IMG/VR virus record: IMGVR_UViG_3300050343_000285
Coordinates: 64,001-128,000 of that record
Strand: one strand, 5' to 3'
Source of the DNA: a virus
Length of the DNA: 64,000 nucleotides
The translations under genes and the position numbers were made by a program. Numbering within the stretch: the stretch's first letter is position 1; each line of letters begins with the position of its first letter. The notes below the pieces were generated by a model. That model saw only the letters and a program-made list of their open reading frames with translations, was not told the DNA's origin and made no database searches. Shown piece after piece: positions 40,590-50,980 of this stretch.

Positions 40590-40961
40590 TTATTAATTTT
40601 AATTCTAAAGATATACTTGTGTCGTATATGTCAAAGGTTTTCCAGAAAAATTGATTATTGATTTCTAACTTTGGGCATACGCATCCATATAAAAAATAGA
40701 GATTATCTTTAGTGTCAGGGAATAATTTACAGATAATTTCATCATTTATACTCATAAATTTAGGACTAATATAGCCATTTGCCATTTGCTTGTCAGTAAA
40801 TACATCTGCAATAATTTTATCCTTAATGGTATTTTTGTAAATTCCGATAGTCTTCTATTTCCCAGTAAGGTAATTTAATACTAGATTCTTGAAGAGAAAG
40901 AATGTACTTCTCCTCTTTGTAAAAATCTGTAGTTATCAAAGCCGGTACTGCCCCTAAACAT
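40564..40961 (-). CDS. Hypothetical protein (5' part frameshifted)
   Basis: Track ORF 40564-40785 extends upstream through indels to ATG ~40961. Confidence 0.4.
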
Positions 40962-41633
40962 TATACGATATGACCTTTCTTATTATATTATAGGCTTTAT
41001 TTAGATTTTGTCTAACAGCTTCTCTAGTGATGTTATGTGCTTTTCCAATATTTTCTAGTGTCATCTCTTCAAAGTAATACATTCTAAGATATTCGTGACT
41101 GTCTTTCTGATAATAAGTCACTGCTTAAGAGATTCTTGAATATCTTTCTTTAAGATTGTCTTTATCTTCATCTATCTATTACTTGTACTTAATATAGAAG
41201 GATATTATTTTCGCTAGATAATATGTTATTTAGATTTAACTCTTCATCGTCATAATTTTTATCTAGAGATAAGCTGTTTACTTCTGATGCTGATTTTTTT
41301 TACCATACTGTCTAGTGATATAGCTTTTGAATTGCCCAAATAGCGCACTGATTTCTATAAGAATATTTGGTTTTGGCTTTTACCTGAATTATAGCACCCT
41401 TACGATTGCTCATCCCATCTCCAATCAGCCATCATGATACCATTAGCGACATTAGCTATTGCATCTTCACTTGGATAGCATCCTTTTGGTGGCACCTTGG
41501 CAAATTTGATCAGCAAATTTTGCTATACTTTTTTGAGCCAAAGTTAAATAAAAGCTTAAACTTTCAAATGTGATCTTATCTTTATTATTATACTTAGTTT
41601 TTTGTACGTACCAATATCTACTATATCTATCAT
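40954..41633 (-). CDS. RNA polymerase sigma-70-family factor (indels)
   Basis: Region 2-like EDAIANVANGIMMADWRWD..SYRNQCAIWAIQ; region 4 HTH YLRMYYFEEMTLENIGKAHNITREAVRQNLNKA. Confidence 0.75.
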
Positions 41634-41679
41634 TTTAATTTCCTCTTAGTAATTTTCCAAAATCCCTATAGTTTAAATT

Positions 41680-42104
41680 TTATTTTTTATCTTCTTCAAC
41701 TTTTGCTGGAGCTGTATTTTTGTCCACCTTCTTGTTTGAGCTCTGCTTGTCTACTGGGAGGATTTTTAACTGGTTTCTTACGTTTACCACACCCGCAACC
41801 CGCACTACACTTTTATCGTCATCCACAGGAGCGATACTTTACAAAATCATGTATAGTTTTCATGTACTCTTCTGTTACAGCAATTTTACCCTGTAACCAG
41901 CTTGCTGTCAAATTCTTTTTTACAGATTGGATCAGATAATGAATCTAAAATAGATTTTGCATTAGTGGCAATAGATTTTAAAGAACCAATATTCATATCT
42001 AATAAAGTCTTCTTTATATTCTGTGAAGCTCTTTTACATCAGAAGTGCTTGTTTGAATATTTTGTTGGACTTCTGTTAATATTTATTTTATACCTCATTA
42101 TCAT
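41680..42104 (-). CDS. Hypothetical protein (indels)
   Basis: GGAG SD; fragment NAKSILDSLSDPSVKKNLTASWLQGKIAVTEEYMKTIHDFV; ends VEEDKK*. Confidence 0.5.
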
Positions 42105-42129
42105 CACTCCTTTTGCGTAAGGCTTCTGT

Positions 42130-42814
42130 AGTTTAAATTGATTGTCTATATTTTTAAATTTTGGATACAACTATAGCTACTAACAATTTCAGACAGCTGC
42201 TCGGTGATCAGATCTATAGTGAACTCCCTGTAAGCATTCTAGCATAACCGCTACTTGGTCTGCTAATAAAAATAAATCTCTCTTATGGTCAGGGATATAA
42301 CTCTGCACACACATGCTGCTAAAAGAGCAGCATACATCGTATGTCCACTGGGGTATGAGGCTGTATGATGTGTTTTAGTAATAATTCGATCAATATCAAT
42401 ATCTAATTTTTCTGCTAATTGAAAAGGTCTAGCTCTATTATAAAAAAGCTTTAAATGATTAATTATATGTAATACTGAAAATCTATATATATTATGAAAA
42501 AGATTTTCTGAAAAATTAATAGATAGATCCTCAGAGAGTTCTCTAAAAAGTATTAAAGGATCGGTATCTACTGTATAAATTAAATGTAAATCAGCTTGGG
42601 ATCTGTTATGAGTTGATGTAGAGATTGATTCTAATTCAGCTAGCGTATTCTTACTAGAATTAGCATAGGGTTTATCTACTATTTTAAATAAATCTATACT
42701 TCCTAATTCTGGAAATTTAATTTTAGCATAAGGAGATTTATCATAGTCAAATGGATCTCTGTATGTAATATTATCCAGTTGTAGATTTTTTTGTATATCA
42801 GATATAATACGCAT
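42130..42814 (-). CDS. PAP2-superfamily acid phosphatase (3' end frameshifted; end approximate)
   Basis: KLFYNRARP, SYPSGHT and, past the indel, R-x2-QGVHYRSD. Confidence 0.8.
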
Positions 42815-42815
42815 A

Positions 42816-43560
42816 TTACCAAGCCTTACAAGACCAGTACCTTGCCTTCCATTTTGGTCCAGGATTATCGCAATTATGTCTAGCTCTAAAACTTTTTCTT
42901 CTTTCTGGTATGTGTTTTTTAATTTTCATATTTGGATCACCAAACCTGACTATAACAACATTGCCTTTTTCGTTTTTTAGTATATACAGCAAATTTTTTA
43001 GGACCATCTGAAGTTCTGAATGGTTTATTCAGTTTTACTTTTCTACCTTTATACTCTGCTGCTCTAATGAGATATCTACCATTTTTTTTATAACTTCCGG
43101 GCCTGTCGTATACATATATTTCTCCGGTTTTAGGATCTTTATATTTGTATATCCTAGATTGGGCTTTTTTAATTTCTTCTGGACTTGGCCTATCTGGATC
43201 TCCAGGTTTGGCTGGTCTATATTTTTTTCCTTCTCTTTCTTTTTTCTTTCTGATATTTTCCCATAAGCCGGGTTTTGCTATAGATAAGTCTATTACTTCT
43301 TCTGTCTCTTCACAATGAATATAATCTTCAATATTTGGTTCTATATAATTGTGTTCATTTACAATCTCAGTATAACCATACATATCAAAATAATAATATT
43401 CTTGAGCACATGATAAAATATTATTTATAGATCCATTAGACATGCACATGCCTAATCTTTGTTTATTGTCTGGAAATTCTTTTTGAGACTTGGGATCAGA
43501 CATACATCTAGCAATAAATTTTTGCCTATCTTCGTCTTGTTCTCTTTTTGGTAAAGGCAT
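42816..43560 (-). CDS. Basic protein made of concatenated short phage micro-domains (one indel near 42975)
   Basis: PLPKREQDEDRQKFIARCM; KPGLWENIRKK..KPGDPDRP; KFAVY..NEKGNVVIVRFGDPNM..RRKSFRARHNC..YWSCKAW. Confidence 0.65.
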
Positions 43561-43599
43561 GGTAACTCCTTGGACTTACAATAATGTATATATAGATTA

Positions 43600-43606
43600 T
43601 ACACCA
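43600..43606 (-). promoter_or_regulatory. TGGTGTA intergenic motif, copy 4
   Basis: TTTGGTGTATAATCTATATATAC, then AAGGAG SD and ATG 43560. Confidence 0.5.
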
Positions 43607-43612
43607 AATGGG

Positions 43613-44614
43613 CTACAGGCCCTCAAGAACTAGCATTTCATCTTCATTAATTATTTTGTTGTAAATTTGACCATTTTTTTTATATGTAAGGTAAAGTCTT
43701 TTAGGGAAGCCAGGACTAGGATCTCCGAATAAACTATTATCAACTACAAAATGTTTTAAATCTGTATGTTGCTTTAAAAAATTTAAACTTGAGGTAACAT
43801 CATTTAATTGACCAAATAAAGCATGATTAATATCTTGTTTTTTAATTTTATTCATAAAATATCTCTCTAGTATTCTAATGTCTTTAATGGGGTGGAAAAT
43901 ACCTTTTAATGATTCCTGTTTTTGTGCCAGATCTATTATATGAGATAGGCAATCACGAGCATCGTAAGTTATATATTTTTCTATTTTTACATCTCCAGTA
44001 TCAAAACTATCAACTTGAAAATCTAAATACTTTAAAATTGTAGCAAATTTAGTCTCTACATATATTTTATTAACTAAAGGTATTTTTTTACATTCTTCTA
44101 CGACTCTATGAACAGCATTGTCTGAAATCATTGTGCCACACAAAGGAGAGCAGGCAACAAAATTGTTCCACCCATAATGTTTATCTATTAATGGCTGATA
44201 TCTCTGAGCTTCAAACCACCAATATGATTCTTCATGGTTCGAAGCAAAGATAGTATTTGCAGATATTATACCATCATGATTTTGTATGACATTATTATCA
44301 ATATGTAAAGTCTCTTTAATACTGTTTGTAACATAGCAGTCGTATTCTAGTATTAAATATTGTTTTGCTCTTTTATCAGGATTAGATAAAAACCAATATA
44401 AAAAAATATTATCAGAACCCCAATACCAAACATCTCGACCACTCCATTGGCTAATATGCCTATAATCTAAAAAATCATAAAAATTATTTGCAAAATCATT
44501 TTGATGTATAGCGTATACCTTAGCTCCATCGCTATATTTTTGTATGGACTGATAATTTATATCAGTAAGTGGACATTTATTAGTATATATAAATATTATA
44601 GCAAGATCATCCAT
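43613..44614 (-). CDS. GT-A-like protein with C-terminal SUEL-lectin-like domain
   Basis: YLILEYDCYV; C-terminal VDNSLFGDPSPGFPKRLYLTY. Confidence 0.55.
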   Translation of the reverse strand: MDDLAIIFIYTNKCPLTDINYQSIQKYSDGAKVYAIHQNDFANNFYDFLDYRHISQWSGRDVWYWGSDNIFLYWFLSNPDKRAKQYLILEYDCYVTNSIKETLHIDNNVIQNHDGIISANTIFASNHEESYWWFEAQRYQPLIDKHYGWNNFVACSPLCGTMISDNAVHRVVEECKKIPLVNKIYVETKFATILKYLDFQVDSFDTGDVKIEKYITYDARDCLSHIIDLAQKQESLKGIFHPIKDIRILERYFMNKIKKQDINHALFGQLNDVTSSLNFLKQHTDLKHFVVDNSLFGDPSPGFPKRLYLTYKKNGQIYNKIINEDEMLVLEGL

Positions 44615-45700
44615 ATAATGTCTCTATAATTTTATCAGTAGTTTTGGTCCAATTGAATTTTGAGGCTGTTTTCAAGCCAGCTTTATTTGTATTAATTTTA
44701 TTCGAATATACATATTTCATATAGTCTATGAAATTGTCTAAAAGGCCATCTAGAGAAGCCCATTGACCAGTACAATCGAAAAATTTACCATCGTCAGCTG
44801 ATTCTAAATTTTTAGCTTCTACGAGAAAACTATTAGATTTATCGCAGTACTCTGTATGCGCTGAATAGTTAGTCGTAATGACAGGTCTATCCATAGCCAT
44901 AGTTTCTATAACCTCGTTGTTCCAGCCTTCTGCTCTACTGGGATAGATACCACAATCAGACAGTTTGATAACTTTAGCAATATCTTTTTGAGTAGGTAGT
45001 CTAGGTAAAATTTTAATTTTATCTCCCAGCTTACTATTTTTATATAAATTATTCCACTGTTGATTTTCTTTACTGATAAAAATGGATTAGAATTTAACAT
45101 CCATAATTCAACATTATCTTTTTCGGTAAAAGCTTGATTGAACATATGTACCAGTAAGTCGTGTCCTTTTCTAATCTCCCATTTACCTATATTTAGAAAT
45201 ATATAAGTGCCTTCTTCTTTATCTTCTAATAAATCATTATATGAACTATAGTCAAAAACTTCAATATCCACACCAGCAGGAGCAACAATAATTTTATTAT
45301 GATCAATACCATTATCTATCAATATATTTTTTGCCCATTTAGATGGTACATAAATAATATCTAGTATATCATAACCCAATCTTTCTTGTTGTGTAATTTT
45401 ATCTATTTCGAAAAACGTATAACCAGCGTATAGATTTTTATTGTATGGCTTAATAATCATGTCATTAGCGTGCCATACTTTTAAGCAAGGTGATGTAATA
45501 TCATAATCAAGTTGATTTTTAATATCATCTACTAAACCCTTTTGATTCCAATGTTTTTCTATGGTTACTTCGTTTATAGGAAATAAAGTGGTAGATACGC
45601 TTTCTCTTAAATTTTTCCATAAGTTATAAGAACTAATACCATATCCTAAAGTGTTTATTGGTCCGTAAAAATTTAATTTTTTATTTATCATATTTTTCAT
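44607..45700 (-). CDS. GT4 glycosyltransferase (indels at ~44900-45070)
   Basis: GPINTLGYG; LNIGKWEIRKGHDLL; corrected frame gives SRAEGWNNE..EAMAMDRPVITTNYSAH. Confidence 0.82.
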
Positions 45701-46823
45701 AGATCCTGTTATGTGTATTATTCACTCTAATAAAAATAGTTTTTTTACTAAAATCTTTAATTGATTTGGCTCCAATATAGGTACAAGCACTTCTAATACC
45801 GCCTAATATATCTTGCATAATATTTTGGGTAGTTCCTTTATAAGGTATTCTTACGCATCTTCCTTCGCTAGTTCGATAATTTGCTACTCCTCCATCATGT
45901 TTAGACATAGCTTCTTTGCTGCTCATTCCATAAAATTTTAAATATACTTTCCTTTTTTCTGTTGGATACTGAGGATCAAAAGGCTGCCACCATTCTTTAT
46001 TACGGGTTTCATCCTCGCCTAAAGTTTTACATCTCCATTCATATTCCCATTCGCCATCACAACAATCTGTTCCAGCCAACATACCTCCCAGCATTACAAA
46101 ATCCGCATTCCCCCCAAAAGCTTTACAAATATCAGCTGGTATTACACATCCTCCGTCACTACATATATGACCTCCTAAACCATGAGCAGCATCTCCACAT
46201 TCCATAATTGCAGAAAGTTGAGGATATCCTATTCCTGTTTTAAGTCTTGTGGTACAAACACTACCTGAACCAATTCCTATCTTAACTATATCTACACCAC
46301 CACGCAATATAAGTTCTTCTGTCATCTCTGGAGTTACAACATTCCCTGCAATAATAATTATTTCTGGGTACATTTTACGTATAGTATATGCCTTATTGAC
46401 AAAATTTTCGCTATAACCATTAGCAATATCTATACAAATATTGGGTATATTTTTATTATTTTCTTTTAATTGATTATAAACATATTTTATTTTATCTATA
46501 TCTTTTTGTGAGGTGCCAATGGAACAAAAAACTAAATGCAAAATATTTTGATTATTTTCAAAAAAATTAATTAACTGGTTAGCTGTATAATGCTTATGCA
46601 GGCAGGTGATCGCTTGGAATTTAGATAAGCATTTGGCCATTTCGAATGATCCAGTAGTATCCATATTAGCAGCCATGATTGGAGAGCAAGAAAGTTTTCT
46701 GCTCGCATGAGGAAAGCTAAATTCTCTAATCGTATCAACTTCAGACCTGCTACTTAAGTTTGATCTTCTTGGTCTAATTAGAACATCGTTAAAATCTAAT
46801 TTGATATCATCTATAATTTTCAT
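45681..46823 (-). CDS. guaC: GMP reductase
   Basis: LDFNDVLIRPRRSNLSSRSEV; PIMAANMD; DIANGYSE; KIGIGSGSVCTTR; YGMSS; no CBS domains. Confidence 0.93.
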   Translation of the reverse strand: MKIIDDIKLDFNDVLIRPRRSNLSSRSEVDTIREFSFPHASRKLSCSPIMAANMDTTGSFEMAKCLSKFQAITCLHKHYTANQLINFFENNQNILHLVFCSIGTSQKDIDKIKYVYNQLKENNKNIPNICIDIANGYSENFVNKAYTIRKMYPEIIIIAGNVVTPEMTEELILRGGVDIVKIGIGSGSVCTTRLKTGIGYPQLSAIMECGDAAHGLGGHICSDGGCVIPADICKAFGGNADFVMLGGMLAGTDCCDGEWEYEWRCKTLGEDETRNKEWWQPFDPQYPTEKRKVYLKFYGMSSKEAMSKHDGGVANYRTSEGRCVRIPYKGTTQNIMQDILGGIRSACTYIGAKSIKDFSKKTIFIRVNNTHNRIYEKYDK

Positions 46824-47656
46824 TAATCAACCAACATTATTTGGCTAGGATTATAAAAAAGTTTAAAGTCATTATGTTTTTGTTTTAGTGCTTTATGAAG
46901 TGTTACATGTTCACAGTCTTCACCAGAATATAAAGGCTCATAAAATTTAGACCTATATATACATGAGCCGCCAAAGCCGCTGAAAGTAGAGATAGGGCAA
47001 GAGCCTATAGGTAATTGCCAAAACGGAAACCAGTATGAATTGTCTTGTGGGAGCCAATAATTTTGTCTAAAAGCGAAAGAATCATAATTGTGATAGCGAT
47101 CATATTGCTTATTGCTCACATTAATGTAAGAGTTTCCACAGATAGCGCCAATATTATTATTGGTTGACAACCATCCAAAAGAATTCATAATACCTTCTAT
47201 ACTGAAATCTAGAAAATCAATATCTATAACTAAGAAAAAATCTGTAGCATGCTTATTAGTAACCATAGAATAACATTTATTCCTAGCGTTAGCCATATTA
47301 GTTGTTCTAATTTGACTTGTAGACAAAGGCATACTTGGGGTACCAATTTTTTCTGATAAAATACTGAAATTTTCATAACCTGGTCTATCAATTATCTCAT
47401 TAATAACTTGCGGAGTTTGGTCTAAGGAATCATTCTCATAAATATAAATATGCGATTCTTCATTAAATTTTTCTTTAAGTAATCTTAATTTGCGTAAACT
47501 ATATTTAGTTTTATCTTGTATGTTTCTAGCTAAAGCAAGTATAGATATGTTTTGCTTTTTAGCAAAAGCTTGTCCGGACTGCAATAATTCTTGATATATA
47601 TCTAAGAATTCTACATCTACCGGGAATATCTCATTTATATCACGGATTATATTCAT
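46823..47656 (-). CDS. CAP59/GT69-like GT-A glycosyltransferase
   Basis: ILALARNI; IYENDSLDQT; MANARN; VIDIDF; FSGFGGSCIY; CEHVTLH. Confidence 0.65.
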   Translation of the reverse strand: MNIIRDINEIFPVDVEFLDIYQELLQSGQAFAKKQNISILALARNIQDKTKYSLRKLRLLKEKFNEESHIYIYENDSLDQTPQVINEIIDRPGYENFSILSEKIGTPSMPLSTSQIRTTNMANARNKCYSMVTNKHATDFFLVIDIDFLDFSIEGIMNSFGWLSTNNNIGAICGNSYINVSNKQYDRYHNYDSFAFRQNYWLPQDNSYWFPFWQLPIGSCPISTFSGFGGSCIYRSKFYEPLYSGEDCEHVTLHKALKQKHNDFKLFYNPSQIMLVD

Positions 47657-47658
47657 TT

Positions 47659-48198
47659 CTAAACCTTAAAAAAATACCATCTATTGTAAGTGTTAATGTT
47701 CTCAGAGCTATTAATGTGTTCTAAATATCCATAAATATCATTCCAATCTGAATATATCATTTGGTGTGGTACAGTTCCGAACAGCCAATCAGGAGTATGT
47801 TCTTTACCTTGTGCCATATGAATTATAATAGGCTTTTTTTGCCTATTAGCCCAAAAAATTTCTTCATAAGTACCACAAGGATGTATTCCTAAGTCTAAAT
47901 TAACTATTAAAAAATCACTAATATCAACAAGTCTTAAATCTACCGATCTAATAACTTTCATCATAGAGCTTAGCTCTTCGTATCTTTTTTTCTTTTTGAG
48001 TTTTGTTTTTACTAAGTGTGTATCATCATCCTCAAGACCAATTGCTGTAGGTTTAGTGATAGGATTAAATACTACTATACCTAAAGATTCTAAGAATGGA
48101 GTTATCTCTTGTCTCCATCCCCTGCCTCTGTCTATAACGCGATCCATTGCTCCTGCTAAATAACATCTTTGATTAAGTAATCTATTCGATTGATTCAT
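47659..48198 (-). CDS. Nucleoside 2-deoxyribosyltransferase-like / nucleotide N-hydrolase
   Basis: YLAGAMD; VFNP; DLRLVDISDFLIV; GTYEEIFWA. Confidence 0.8.
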   Translation of the reverse strand: MNQSNRLLNQRCYLAGAMDRVIDRGRGWRQEITPFLESLGIVVFNPITKPTAIGLEDDDTHLVKTKLKKKKRYEELSSMMKVIRSVDLRLVDISDFLIVNLDLGIHPCGTYEEIFWANRQKKPIIIHMAQGKEHTPDWLFGTVPHQMIYSDWNDIYGYLEHINSSENINTYNRWYFFKV

Positions 48199-48288
48199 AG
48201 TAAGCTCTTGATTTATTTTTATGAATTCCGTCTTGAATACCTATATATATAACATATAACAATAAAAATATTTGAATAATTGATAACA

Positions 48289-48807
48289 TTAAATAATTCC
48301 AAATTTGTGATTTTGATTAACGATAATACTAAAAATGTTTTCTATGTTATAATTAATGCAATTAGAGACTATGCAGTTCTGATCATCAGAAGACCACTCT
48401 TTGCTTATATATATCATATCATTGTGTCCTATATCTGCAATATATTTAGAAACATTATTATATGAAGAAGATATATAATTAGCTATAAAATTTTTAGACC
48501 AATCATCAGAAGATATACAGAAGGGAATTAACTGCAAAGGCAAATCTAAATATGCTGGTAAAATTAACTTAATGCCTGCCTGTATTTTATCTGCTATAAA
48601 AGATCTAATATTTGCAGTGGTAAAGTAGCAAAAATCATTAATTCCTATAATAAATTTAGAGTGCTCTAGTATAGAATTGAGGCTGTGAGTTCTGTTTGCA
48701 ATATATTCCATACTATTGCTTAAAGCCGCATAAGAATGATTAGATATACAAGCCTCCATAAAGCTTTCTATTCTAAAAAGATTTTTCATAGATATGGTTT
48801 CATTCAT
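48289..48807 (-). CDS. Hypothetical protein
   Basis: 172-aa ORF. Confidence 0.5.
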   Translation of the reverse strand: MNETISMKNLFRIESFMEACISNHSYAALSNSMEYIANRTHSLNSILEHSKFIIGINDFCYFTTANIRSFIADKIQAGIKLILPAYLDLPLQLIPFCISSDDWSKNFIANYISSSYNNVSKYIADIGHNDMIYISKEWSSDDQNCIVSNCINYNIENIFSIIVNQNHKFGII

Positions 48808-49189
48808 TAGGGATCTCTATAGTAAAATCTATATCTTTTAGAGTAGTTATTTTTTCTTTAGGGGTTTGCTGTATTTGAACAATAGAGCATAAAATATCTT
48901 GATATATATTATGAATGTCTAGTCTAATCTTATCTTTTTCTTCTTTTGTATAACCATAATTAAAATCAGTTTCTTTAGTGATTACATCCTCTTGAGTATC
49001 TGTAAAACCAAAATAATATTTAGAGAGTATATTGTCTAATTTGACTTCTTCTATATTCATATCTTTAATATCATTAAAAATATTTATTATTTCTTTAACA
49101 TTCGATATGCTTTGAGAAGATTCTGTCTCTTTATATTTAAATAAAAATCTATTTTTAAGCCATTCAATTTTTTCAATTATAAGATTCAT
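48800..49189 (-). CDS. Hypothetical protein
   Basis: 129-aa ORF with overlaps. Confidence 0.55.
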   Translation of the reverse strand: MNLIIEKIEWLKNRFLFKYKETESSQSISNVKEIINIFNDIKDMNIEEVKLDNILSKYYFGFTDTQEDVITKETDFNYGYTKEEKDKIRLDIHNIYQDILCSIVQIQQTPKEKITTLKDIDFTIEIPNE

Positions 49190-49727
49190 AAATATATGTA
49201 TGTTGGGGTTTTCTGATAGTATCCATTATTAATTCGTATACAAAAGACCAATTAGCACCGGTCACGTTTCCATGAAATTTAGGAGACATAATTTTGATTG
49301 ATAAATCATTCTCTGACATATATTGCTTAACATAACTTTGTACTTTAGCCAAGCATAATCCCAAAAAACAATAATTAATAGGTCTAGGATTTGTAGATGA
49401 CATTATACCTGTTTGGCATATCATATTAGCTACAATAATTTCATTTTTGTATTTTTTGTCTATAGCGACTTTGACAAACTGAGTATGCCCTAGCGATGTT
49501 CTTAATTTTGTTGAACCAATTAAATGATAATTCTCTTTTGCTATAGGAAAATGTTGCGAAATAACTTTATTAAAACCAGCTCCATAAGTATTCATATTGT
49601 TGCATATATTTAACACTAACACTGAATTGTTGGAGTTTAACAGAGTTTCTTTAGCATCACTTATTAAGTCATATTTTTTGTTAATAATCGATATATTGTG
49701 ATGTACTTTATCTTTAATTGCAGACAT
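49173..49727 (-). CDS. Macrodomain protein (Poa1p/TARG1/T4 Tk.4-like), divergent
   Basis: ICNNMNTYGAGF..ISQHFP; LGHTQFV; VANMICQ; MSPKF..GANWSFVYELI. Confidence 0.7.
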   Translation of the reverse strand: MSAIKDKVHHNISIINKKYDLISDAKETLLNSNNSVLVLNICNNMNTYGAGFNKVISQHFPIAKENYHLIGSTKLRTSLGHTQFVKVAIDKKYKNEIIVANMICQTGIMSSTNPRPINYCFLGLCLAKVQSYVKQYMSENDLSIKIMSPKFHGNVTGANWSFVYELIMDTIRKPQHTYIYESYN

Positions 49728-49756
49728 ATGTCAACTCCATATCTGTTGTTTTCTTT

Positions 49757-49785
49757 ATAATAACAGATAGAGAGCAATGAGTCAA
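49757..49785 (-). promoter_or_regulatory. Sigma70-type promoter for the macrodomain gene
   Basis: TTGACT-N17-TATTAT, then GGAG SD. Confidence 0.7.
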
Positions 49786-49789
49786 ATGA

Positions 49790-50044
49790 TTATTCTTTAG
49801 CTAGCCATTTTTTTAAAGGGCATTCTTGATCTGCCCAGGCTAATTTATTCATAAATTCTTTACGATTACTTAAATTGCAACCGCAAATATTACATATAGA
49901 TTTCTTTTTATTAAATTCTTCACAATTAGTGCAAGTGTTATACCTTTCTAAAATTTCTTCTGTATTACATGTAGGAAATCCCTCTATACAGTGCCAGAAA
50001 AAAGCGTAGAAAAACCTTAAAACTTTTTTAATCCATTTTATCAT
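49790..50044 (-). CDS. Small Cys-rich protein
   Basis: RYNTCTNC..CNICGC..ECPLKKW. Confidence 0.7.
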   Translation of the reverse strand: MIKWIKKVLRFFYAFFWHCIEGFPTCNTEEILERYNTCTNCEEFNKKKSICNICGCNLSNRKEFMNKLAWADQECPLKKWLAKE

Positions 50045-50980
50045 TTATGTCTTTCTCATAAGCTTATTATTCATAATTATATATTCTATTAATGGTTTAT
50101 CCTCAAGATGCAACCATTGAATTTTTAAATTATTTTGTTGATTATCTATAAGATTTCCGTATATGTTTAAATCTTCTTTTAAATAACAAAAATTATTATA
50201 CATAATTACTAGATGTAATCTTTTATATTGTTCATTAAAAATAGGTATAGTTTTGCAAATATTGCCATGTATTTTTAGATTTTCATTTTGTATTAGATAT
50301 CCGAAAATTCTTTCAAGAGAATGACAATAGGTACCTGTATTAGAATTACCATCATGTACTTTTCCAATCTCATTGCTGAGTAGTATATCTAGAGTATCTA
50401 TTTTATCATTAAAATATTTTTGAAATATTTTTGTTTTTGACATAAACATAGACCCAGCGCTGAATAAACCTTTTTTTGTTTTATCATAATCTATATTTAG
50501 TAAACTACATAAATAGTTTATTTTATTAGAATTATTACCTTCTTTATTTTTTAGTTTTAAAAAGCTGTGAGAAATCATTCCAATATGTTTATTTTTTAAA
50601 ATTTTTAAATTATTATCAAAATTAAAGAGACTGCCGATATAAGTGTCAATCAGCACACTCCCCCAATCAACATGGAAGCTACCTCCCCATTTAGATTCTT
50701 TAGAGTGTAATTTAATAAAATATGGATAATCTTCATGGTTTATTTTAGAAATTTGATGTATAAAAGGAGCTATATCTACTCCATAGTTTGGATGAAAATT
50801 TATATTTTTAATTCTATTAGAATATTGATTAATAAAATTTAGTAAAGATGTACTATTTCTATTATGTTCTCCTATAGATAAATCAACATCTAAATATTTT
50901 ATATGATTTAATAATTTAGATATTTCTTCTAATCTATTTAATGAGTATAGAGAAAGTAAAAGAATGCATTTATGTTTCAT
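50045..50980 (-). CDS. RgpF (rhamnan synthesis F)-like protein
   Basis: NYGVDIAPF; FIKLHSK; FSAGSMF; HSLERIFG. Confidence 0.8.
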   Translation of the reverse strand: MKHKCILLLSLYSLNRLEEISKLLNHIKYLDVDLSIGEHNRNSTSLLNFINQYSNRIKNINFHPNYGVDIAPFIHQISKINHEDYPYFIKLHSKESKWGGSFHVDWGSVLIDTYIGSLFNFDNNLKILKNKHIGMISHSFLKLKNKEGNNSNKINYLCSLLNIDYDKTKKGLFSAGSMFMSKTKIFQKYFNDKIDTLDILLSNEIGKVHDGNSNTGTYCHSLERIFGYLIQNENLKIHGNICKTIPIFNEQYKRLHLVIMYNNFCYLKEDLNIYGNLIDNQQNNLKIQWLHLEDKPLIEYIIMNNKLMRKT

